The position numbers and the translations under genes are program-made. From positions 62,001 to 118,755 of the forward strand of contig CAUYUJ010000069.1 in the NCBI GenBank assembly GCA_963575745.1: a stretch of DNA of 56,755 bases. Reading direction: 5' to 3'. The notes below the pieces were generated by a model that did no database searches, was not told the DNA's origin, and worked only from the letters and a program-made list of their open reading frames with translations. Positions within the stretch are counted from its first letter, which is position 1. Every line of letters starts with the position of its first letter. Below, piece by piece: positions 48,012-56,755 of the stretch. Source of the DNA: Prorocentrum cordatum (Eukaryota).

Positions 48012-48438
48012 TTATGTCGGGCCTGTCCCCCTACAGGAGGATTTTCGACAAAAAAAATATTCCGCGGCCGCGGCCGTGGAGGAGGAGAGGAGGACGTGGT
48101 CGCGGCCGCGCCGCGGCCGCGCCCTACAGGGGGATTTTCGACGAAAAATATTCCGCGGCCTACAGGAGGAGAGGAAGGCCGCGGCCGTGGAGGAGGAGGA
48201 GGAGGAGGAGGAGGACGTGGTCTTCGACTTTTTCGGCTGAGCGCATCGCGGCGGCGGCGAGCGCGCGGGCCTTCGCTCTTTTCGGGCCTGAAAAAATATT
48301 CCAAAAATAGCCAAACAAATATTACAAAAATAGTCTGGGGGGTATTTTTTGAGTATGTTTGTTGCCTCTTTGGAGCATTTTTGGTGTATCTTCATGTTTT
48401 CGTCGAAATCCCCCTGTAGGGGGACACGCCCGACATAA
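48012..48438. mobile_element. MITE family J, 8-bp TSD
   Basis: TIR ttatgtcgggcctgtccccctacagg / cctgtagggggacacgcccgacataa; TSD atccaggc/atccaggc. Confidence 0.9.
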
Positions 48439-49147
48439 ATCCAGGCGGTGCAGCGAGGCCGCGCTGCGCGGAGCTCCCCGCAGCGGAGCGGCGGGGTGCC
48501 GCAGAAGACCCAGGGCCAGCCCAGGCAGGGCCCGTGTCGAGCCCGTCGGTCCGATTCCCAGGCACGATCGTGTCGTGGAAAAAATACAGGACGGGAGGTG
48601 TTTCGTCAATTTCGGCCTCGGGGGGCCCTCGCCGGGCCTCGGGGCCGTCAAAAAACGACGCAGGATGAAAGACCTGTCCTGGGGGAAGGGTCGGGGCCTC
48701 CAGGGACCCCTCATGGAAAAAAGCTGGACGTATGTTTGGGTTCGTCGATGAAGGCAGGAGTTCTTGGATGCCCCAATCCCTGCTCTGGGCGCCTTCCTGC
48801 CTCAAGAGGCATGGCGCCAACATCGCAGAGCGGATGTCGTTCGGAAAACGATAGGGTGGGCCCAGCGTGTCCTGGAGAATTTCGTTCCGGATTTCGAGGT
48901 GAATTTCGTGCGGATGTTTTTTTGGCCAGGATTGAAGACCAAGAAAACATCCACGCGAAATTCACTTAGTTTTTCGCTCACCGTTTCGGAAAATAATCCC
49001 CTCAGAAATCCACGCACAAATCCGCTGCAGCACATCTGGAAGGCCGGTGCAATGACAAGAGTCGAGTGGTGTTCCCTCTCCCCGCCTCGTCAGGGGGCGG
49101 TGGAAGCCCAATCTATTTCAACGCCTTCCTACTTTACGTTTCTACCC

Positions 49148-49338
49148 TTGTGACGTTCCAACCTACTTCGCCTTGATCGCCAGACAGAGTTTCGAGTACC
49201 AAGAAATACAGACATGTCAGGGTTTTCACGTGTCGGGCCCTGGGAGGCGATACTCGTTCGACACTGAATCGATACTTTTCTGGGTGCTCGAAAGTCTTTA
49301 TGGGGATGTGGTCCTTAAGTACGATGTGAGTAATATAA
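49148..49338. mobile_element. Element family K, 8-bp TSD
   Basis: TSD ttctaccc/ttctaccc. Further copies at 10661-10864 and a rearranged one at about 53321-54830. Confidence 0.85.
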
Positions 49339-49740
49339 TTCTACCCACTTCGGCTCTGGCCGGCCCGATTCGATTCGGTTGCGATGTTCCAGCGATCCGA
49401 TGCGGCCCAACGCTTGCGTGGGTGCCGCTGTACATCCTGGCGGCGCCGATGCATTTTGATTCCGACTCCGAGCCGATGCGGTCCGCTCTGTGCACGTTCC
49501 GATGTGATCCGACTTCTCGATCCGAAGCTGCCTGATCCTGCCCAGGGGCAAGGGCAACCAGTAGGGGAACGAAGAATGACATAAACATAAAGACTCGGAG
49601 GTCTGCGCGGAGTTCTCGGAGCGGCGTTGGACACCCCTCCCTGGCGCGCGGAGCGCGCCGGGGGCGGCGCCGGAGGCGCCACCAGGGGTCTCCAGCGCGG
49701 ATCCGAGAAATCCGCGCGGGCCTTCGAGTTTGTATGTTTA

Positions 49741-50144
49741 TTCGAGGCGAGAGAGGGGGGGGTAATGAGAAGGAGAAGGCCTTCTCAGAAGGCGGCGGGA
49801 CTTCTCAGAAGGCCTCCAGGCCTTCTGAGAAGTTTTTGTCTGTCCTCGGGTGAAGGCTTGGAAAACTCCTCAGAGGTCACGGGGACTTCGGAGCCTTCTG
49901 AAAAGGCCTTCTCCTTCTCGGGCCGGGCGAAAGGGGGGGATTTGGAAAGGGGGGGTTACGAAATCTGCTGCATGCAGCTGGTTTCGGCCCCACAGAGGGG
50001 CCCATTCCTCGATACATGGGCGCCTCCCGGCGCGGGGAGGCGCCGGGAAAATCAGCTACGTGAGCTGACTCTCAAACCCCCCTTTGCTATCCCCCCCTTT
50101 CGCCCGACCCGACCTTCTCACTTCCCCCCTGGGCGCGCCGCCTA
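49741..50144. mobile_element. MITE family H (ttctcagaagg motifs)
   Basis: TSD gttta/gtttg; second copy at 3284-3657 with TIR tcggcggcg / cgccgccga. Confidence 0.7.
49918..50112. mobile_element. MITE family E, 5-bp TSD
   Basis: TSD ccttc/ccttc; nested in family H, which is nested in family G. Confidence 0.9.
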
Positions 50145-51141
50145 GTTTGTGTCGTGGTTCGTTCCCCTATGACCAGACGAGCCAGGGGCCGCCCGCCGCC
50201 AGCGTTATGTCGGGCGTGTTCCCCTACAGTGGGATTTTCAGCGAAAAATAAAAAATACCCAAAAAATACCCCAGAAAGGCCAAAACATATTCGAAGAATA
50301 GTCCCCAGACTATTTTGGGATTATTTCCTGATTATTTTGGGGGCACGTATTGTTTTTCGTCGAAAACCCCCCTGTAGGGGACAGGCCCGACTTAATGCCC
50401 GTGGGAAGCCCTCCTGAAGCGCGTCCAAAGCGCTGCCAGAAACGCTTCCACGCGTGCCCGCACGCATGCAGGCGCGCGTGGACGCGTGCGGGAACCGCCC
50501 CCGGACGGGCTGCCAGTACAAACTGGCGCCGGCGTGAGCCGTCAACCTGGTCAGCTAAGCTGTTCCCAGAACAGAGTTTAGACACTAATACCTCGCAGAG
50601 CTCTTCGTTATCGATGAGCTAGAGGATTTTTAGCGAAGAATGAAAAATACCCCAACCATACCCCAGAAAGGCCAAAACATGTTCAAAGAATAGTCCCCTG
50701 ACTATTTTTCTGGATTATCTTCTGATAATTTGGGGGGCATGTCCTATTTTTCGTCGAAAGCCCTCCTGTAGGGGACAGGCCCGACTTAATTTATGCCCGC
50801 GGCGCCCCCCACAGGGGACCGGCACCGGCGCCCCCGCCCCGCCCCGCCGCGCCGCCCCCGCCGGCGGGCGCGCCGCCCGGGGCCGCGGCCGGCGCCCCCC
50901 GGGCGGCCGGGGCCGCAGCAGGAGCCTCGCAGGGAGAGGCGAAGATTTGTAAGTCGGGCGTGTCCCCCTACAGGGGGCTCTTCGACGAAACATTAAAAAA
51001 AGACCCCCAAAAGGCACCCAAAAGGTCAAACAGATACACGTCGGACCTAACAAGCACTAAAAAGGCCCCAAAAGGCACTAAAAAGGCCCCAAAAGGCACC
51101 AAGGAGAGGCGAAGATTTACGTCGGGCGTGTCCCCCTACAG

Positions 51142-51937
51142 TCGGGCCGGGCGAAAGGGGGGGATTGGGAAAGGGGGGGTTACGAAATCTGCTGCATGCA
51201 GCTGGTTTCGGCCCCACCGAGGGGCCCGTTCCTCGATACATGGCCGCCTCCGGCGGCGCCGGGAGGCGCCGGGAAAATCAGCCCGGAGGCGCCGGGAAAA
51301 TCAGGGGTGTTGGGACTCAATATATCAGGAATAGGGCCCAATTCAATGCAATCCGGATAAATACGTGGCAATATCCATTGTTGTGGTGATAGCAGTGCAC
51401 AATTATATTCCTTGCCGGATGCCTTGAACTGTGGTAACGATCATTTTTTTCGGGCGTGTCCCCCTACAGGGGTCGGGCCGGGCGAAAGGGGGGGATTGGG
51501 AAAGGGGGGGTTACGAAATTTGCTGCATGCAGCTGGTTTCGGCCTCACCGAGGGGCCGTTCCTCGGGCGTGTCCCCCTACAGGGGTGTTTGGACTCAATC
51601 TATCAGGAATAGGGCCCAATTCAATGCAATCCGGATAAATACGTGGCAATATCCATTGTTGTGGTGATAGCAATGCATAATTATATTCCTTGCCGGATGC
51701 CTTGAACTGTGGCAACGATCGTTTCTGTTTCCTTCGTTTTTTCGGGGGCTCTTCGAAAGGGGGGGATTGGGAAAGGGGGGGTTAAAAACTTGCTGCATTC
51801 AGCTGGTTTCGGCCCCACCGAAGGGCCCGCTCCTCGATACATAGCCGCCTCCGGCGCCGGGAGGCGCCGGGAAAATCAGCTACGTGAGCTGATTCTCAAA
51901 CCCCCCCTTTGCTATCCCCCCCTTTCGCCCGACCCGA
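51142..51937. mobile_element. Rearranged, composite family E copy
   Basis: Outer TIRs with TSD tacag/tacag. Interior has repeated E halves and a duplicated segment of about 135 bp (51305-51440, 51585-51720). Confidence 0.75.
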
Positions 51938-52455
51938 TACAGGGGGCTTTTCGACGAAACATAAAAAATACCCCCAAAAGGCACCAAAAAGGTCAAACAG
52001 ATACGCCAAAGATGGTCCCCAGACTATTGTTGTATTGTTTTTTGATTGTTTTGGGGGTATGTGTTATTTTTCCTTGAAGGTCCCCCTGTAGGGGGACAGG
52101 CCCGACTTCACCCAGGGCGGCCGAGGCCGCAGCAGGAGCTCGCAGGAGAGGAGAAGACGCCGCCACTCGAAGACGACGAGGCGGCAGAGACCCTGAGGTC
52201 CGACGCCCCAAAGAAAACTCGGAGCGGGCAGGAGCTCGCAGGAGAGGAGGAGATGCCGCCACTCCCAGACCCCCTCGAGTCATGAAAAAATCATGACGGC
52301 AGGTTTTTCGCTATTTTCGGCATCTGGGGGCCTTTACCGGCCCTCGGGGCCGTCAAAAAACGACTCAGGAGGAAAAACCGGTCCCGGGGAATGGGTCCAG
52401 ACCGCTGGGGATCGACGTCATGAAAAAATCATGACGTCGGGGGTCTGGGCTCGAA

Positions 52456-52661
52456 TCGGGGGAGCGTAAGACCCGGGTTTGCCAGGACTCGGGTTCGCCA
52501 TCGTTTTTTGACGACCGCGCCTCGGATTCTGACGAGGAGGAGTTTCGTGGGATGTCTGCAGCGGGAGGCCTCGTCAAAGTGCAGGCTCGGCCTCGTCATT
52601 TTTTTGACGACCTCGTCGGGGGTTTCCGAGCCCCCTGTACCCAGGTCTTACGTCCCCCTGA
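52456..52661. mobile_element. MITE family B, 5-bp TSD
   Basis: Near-identical to 19167-19372; TSD tcgaa/tcgaa. Confidence 0.9.
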
Positions 52662-52692
52662 TCGAAGACGAGGAAGCGGCAGAAGCCTCGAG

Positions 52693-52892
52693 TTATGTCG
52701 GGCCTGTCCCCCTACAGGGGGATTCTCGACGAACAATTTTATAGAATACCCCAGACATTGTCAAAAAATGCTCCAAAAATACTCTGGGGGGTATTCTTTG
52801 AGTATCTGCTCGCCTTTCATGGCGCATTCCTGGTGTATCTACATCTGTTCACAGAAAATCCTCCTGTAGGGGGACACGCCCGACACACATAA
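52693..52892. mobile_element. MITE family J, 8-bp TSD
   Basis: TSD gcctcgag/gccttgag. Other copies: 44845-45109 (ggctatga/ggctatca), 45282-45480 (ccccagtg twice), 50205-50395, about 50620-50790, 50950-52110, 36430-37375 and 55490-55612. Confidence 0.85.
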
Positions 52893-53414
52893 GCCTTGAG
52901 GTCCGACGCTCCCCCAAAAAACATTGGAGCGGGCGGTGTTCGACGGTTTTCGGCGTCCCGGAGCCCGCGCCGGGCCTCGGGGGCGTCAGGAAACTGGCCC
53001 CGGGGGAAGTGGTCCAGACCTCCGGGGGTCCACGCACGGTGCTGACACTCGAAGAAGAAAGAACTGCAGAAACCCAGAGATCCAGCGTGCAGGAACAAAA
53101 ACACAACGGCGGTTTTTTCGCAAGTTTCGGCCCTCAGGGGCCCTGGGAACGGCATAAGCATGAACTGTGGGCGCTCCGCGCGGATTTCGTGGATCCGCGC
53201 TGGAGACCCCGGCGGCGCCTCCAGCGCTGGCGCACCAGGGAGGGGGGTCCATCGCAGATCCAAGAGATCCGCGCGGAGCGCCAGAAGTTTATGTTTATGG
53301 CGTTTCCTTTTCTTCTGGACTTTTGATGTTCCACCCTGCTTTAGCCTCGATCACCAGGAAGAAATAATTGGAGAGGCCCGACGGCCGGCGCCGCCGACCC
53401 TGATCGAAAGGGCT

Positions 53415-54163
53415 AGGAGTGGGAGGAGTGGGAGGAGTGGGAGGAGGAGGAGGTAGGAGGACGGAGAGGAGGAGGAGGAGGAGGAAGGAGGAGGAGGAGG
53501 AGGTGAGAGGAAGGAGGAGGGTGGAGGACGAGGGGAGGGGGAGGAGGGGGGAGGAGGAGGAGGAATGGGGAGGAGAGGAGGAGGAGGAGGAGGAGGAGGA
53601 GGAGGAGGAGGAGGAGGAGGAGGAGGAAGGGAAGAGGAGAGGAGATGAGGATGAGGAAGAGGAGGAGGAAGGAGAGGAGGAGGGTGGGGGGGGATGGAGG
53701 AGGAGGAGGAGGAGGAGGAGGAAAGGGAGGAGGAGGAGGAGGAGGAGGAGGAGAGGAGAGGGAGGAGGAGGAGGAGGAGGAGGAGGAGAGGAGGGAGGAG
53801 GAGGAGGAGGAGGAGGAGGAGGAGGAGGAGGAGGAGGAGGGGGAGGATGGGAGGAGGAGGAGGAGGAGGGAGGAGGAGAGGAGGAGGAGGAGGAGGGGGA
53901 GAGGAGGGAAGGGAGGGAGGAGAGGAGGAGGGGGGGAGGATAGGAGAGGAGGAGGGGAGGAGAGGGGAGGAGGAGGATGGGGGGGTGAGGAGGAATGGGG
54001 AGGAGGGGGAGGAGGGGGAGGAGGAGGAGGAGAGGAGGATGGAGGAGGAGGAGGAGGAGGAGGAGGCTGGGAAGGAGGAGGAGGAAGAGGAGGAGGACAG
54101 GAGGATGAGGAGGAGGAGGTAGGGGATGAGATGAGGACGAGGGGAGGAGGGGAGGAGGAGGAG
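53415..54163. repeat. Long degenerate (GAG)n purine tract
   Basis: Seen directly. Similar tracts at 11150-11345, 13394-13486, 13672-13830, 33470-33615, 36287-36430, 42225-42385, 42655-43055 and 44475-44685. An (AAT)n tract lies at 54345-54475. Confidence 0.9.
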
Positions 54164-54670
54164 AGCTAGACTTTTGCTGTTCCAACCTGCTGTGGCCTCG
54201 ACCACCAGGAAGACATCACTTCGAGCACCCCGGAAGGGGCCGAGGCCGGAGGGGTTATTCACGTGCCGGGCCCCGGGAGACAATTGTTCGGCGCTGCCTC
54301 GACGCTGCTTCGGCACTCTTCCGGGTGCTTGCAAAACAAATATATAAATAATAATAATAATAACAATAATACTACTACTACTAATAATAATACTAATACT
54401 AATAATAAGAATAAGAATAAGAAGAATAACAATAATAATAATAGTAATAACAATAATAATAATACTAATAATACTAGCTATATAAAAACTGGGATGTGGT
54501 CTCTAAGTTCGGGAGCGGAAACACCCGTTCGGCGCTGTCTCGACGCTGCTTCGACGTTGCTTCGACACTCTTCCGGGTGCTTGCAATGTTTTCTGGGATG
54601 TGGTCTCTAAGCTAGGGAGCGGAAACACCTGTTCGGCGCTGTCTCGACGCTGCCTCGGCGCTGCTTCGAC

Positions 54671-54762
54671 TCGGGGCTGGACAGAACCCCCAACAGTGAC
54701 ACGTCGATTAGTGAATTGTCCGTTTTCGGTGCTCGAGTAAAGGGGGGTCTGTCCATCCCCGA
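54671..54762. mobile_element. MITE family M (internally deleted copy), 5-bp TSD
   Basis: TSD tcgac/tcgac. Longer copies at about 11409-11578, 37769-37940, 54888-55052 and 55260-55431 (aggaa/aggag). Confidence 0.8.
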
Positions 54763-55712
54763 TCGACACTTTCCTGGGTGCTTGCAATGATTTCTGGGAT
54801 GTGGTCTCTAAGTACGACGGGAGCAACAGGAGTGTATGGCCTTCTCTCTTCTTCTGCACACGGCTGCCGTTCCCTCGCCGCCATGGCTCGGGGGGGGACT
54901 CCTACCCTGGCACGTCGATTTCGGAATCGGCCGCTCTCGGTTCGCGAGAGGGCGCCGCGGCCGTCATTTCTCGGGTCCAGGTCCGTCGGTTTCGGTCCCA
55001 GGCCGTTTTCACTGAGGGGAGGTCTACTAAAGGAAGGCTTGTCCTCCGCCGATTAAGTACGACAGGAGCAACAGAAGTTTATGGCCTTCTCTCTTCTTCT
55101 GGACACCGCTGCCGTTCCCTCGCCGTCATGGCCGGATTCGCCACGGCAGCGGCATCGGCACCGCTCGGCTTCCCCAGGAGCGGGCCCACCAGCCGCCGCG
55201 GCCCCACCTGTCGTGGCGGCCCCCGTGGGCGGGGCCGCAGCAGGAGCTGGGGAGAGGAATCGGAGGTGGATAGACCTCCTACCCTGACACGTCGATTGAG
55301 GAATTGGCCGTTTTTTGTTCGCGAGAGGGCGTCGCGGCCGTTATTTTTGCGGGCCCAGGTCCGTCGGTTTCGGTCCTAGGCCGGTTTCACTAAAAGGGAG
55401 GTTTGCAAAAGGGAGGTTTGTCCACCGCCGAAGGAGGCAACAGACCGACACCGTTGCTACTCTTCAGTCGTGCGTGTCTCTCTGCAGGAGGAACATTCAA
55501 AAGTGGTAAAGAAATCGTCCTGGGACGGTTTCCCGAGCACTTCTTGCCAATTTCTGGGTATTTCTAATTTTTCGTCGAGAATTGTCCTGCAGGGGGACAT
55601 GCCCGACTTAATGCTACTCCCTCGCCGCCAGGGCCCGACTCGTCTCGAAGCCCTCGCCAGAGCGGGCCGAGGTCCGGTGAGCGGCATCGGTGCCTTCACA
55701 GACAGTCGTTTA

Positions 55713-55886
55713 CACGTAAGAGTGACCTTTCGCCGGAGTGACCTTTGGTGCGGGCCCAGTGGGGTCCCCCGATCGCCGAACGCGCGGCGATAGTAGCGTC
55801 TTGCGCGCCTGTGCTTGGTCCCCCCGTGGCCCCCGCAAGAGCCGCGCACCAAAGGTCACTCTTGCCCAGGATCACTCTTTTGCGTG
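55713..55886. mobile_element. TA-TSD MITE
   Basis: TA|cacgtaagagtga / tcactcttttgcgtg|TA. Confidence 0.7.
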
Positions 55887-55980
55887 TAGCCGAGACACGC
55901 GATGGCTTGTGTTCGTCCGTGCGGGGCCCCGGCAGTCCCGGCTCCTTCCCCAGGGCCGGTCGGTCGTTCATCCCGAGCCG

Positions 55981-56375
55981 TCGGGGTTCGAGAGACGGGG
56001 GTCAGTGCAAACAGGGGTCAGCCGGGAGGCGGGAGGCGGGAGGCGGGAGGAGGGAGGAGGGAGGAGGGAGGAGGGAGGGAGGAGGATGGAGGAGGGAGGA
56101 GGGAGGAGGAGGGAGGAGGAGGGAGGGGGGAGGGGGAGGGGGGAGGAGGGAGCAGGGAGCAGGGAGCACAGGGCAACCGGATCCTGCAGGATCCTGCGAA
56201 GACCCCCTCTGGTTGACCCGGGTTTGCGAGCCGCTCGTGGCCGCGAGGCGGCCGCGAGTATGTGCTCACCCTGGTTTGCGAAGACCTGCTTACTTGCAGT
56301 TTTTGTTTCCTGCATTGCAGTTTTGAGTTTCCTTCTGACCCGGGTCTGGATTGACCCGGGTCAGAAGACCGCCGA
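55981..56375. mobile_element. MITE family I with internal heptamer (GGGAGGA) tract
   Basis: Homologous to 17440 and 22325; no matching TSD. Confidence 0.8.
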
Positions 56376-56623
56376 TGCCTTCACGGGCATGCGATGTCTT
56401 GTTTTCGTCCGTGCGGGGCCCCGGCAGTCCCAACTCCTTCCCCAGGGCCGGTCGGTCGTTCATCCCGAGTCGGCTTGTTGAGGGTCCTGGGGCCCAGCGA
56501 GGGCCCCCGTGGGCTGAAAGCGGCCAGACCTTGACATCCGACGTGGCGAAACCCAGTGCAGCGTCGTCAAAATTCGTAGGCTGGATCCCTGGACCCGATC
56601 TTCCTGCTGCATGATCTTTCCAG

Positions 56624-56755
56624 CCGGATCGATCCGCGCATGTCTGCGGTGCGTGGCTGGACAAGGTGATGCAGAAGGAACACGACGGGATGCGGGAAAA
56701 GGGGTATTGGGATGCAGATGTTTGCATTCCGTATCACCAGTATCACCGTGTCCAG
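56624..56755 (+). pseudogene. Possible start of another Copia-type RT or an exon, running off the window
   Basis: Open frame AWLDKVMQKEHDGMREKGYWDAD resembles the M.KE...K..WD segment that precedes Copia RT. Very short. Confidence 0.3.

Noticed and set aside
1..56755. rRNA, tRNA or an autonomous transposase gene
   Set aside because: None was recognisable by eye; a covariance-model or HMM scan was not possible.

Overview
Eukaryotic, very GC-rich and almost entirely repeat-derived DNA with one 100-N gap (30932-31031). A dinoflagellate source is likely; this is inferred from the protein family, AG|G splice junctions, retroelement type and CCCTAAA relics. Nearly all ORFs in the supplied track are artefacts of repeats. 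Four things are supported by the sequence. (1) Two exons of one host gene on + (13984-14053 and 26036-26662) splice in frame into a DxD-containing, Fringe/GT31-like protein. The 12-kb GT-AG intron between them has the same 9 bp (AGGTCAGCA) at both junctions, which resembles an introner footprint. (2) Inside that intron lies a decayed Copia-order LTR retrotransposon on - (about 16261-26014) that has a C5 cytosine-methyltransferase-like domain in front of integrase, RT and RNase H. (3) Small non-autonomous TIR elements are densely nested and fall into target-site classes: at least 10 unrelated families with T...A ends and 5-bp TSDs, two families with 8-bp TSDs, and several TA-TSD Tc1/mariner-like MITEs. 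(4) Helitron2/Helentron-like non-autonomous elements with asymmetric subterminal inverted repeats carry the large satellite arrays. All homology calls come from reading motifs by eye; no database search was run. Boundaries are approximate unless a TSD is quoted.
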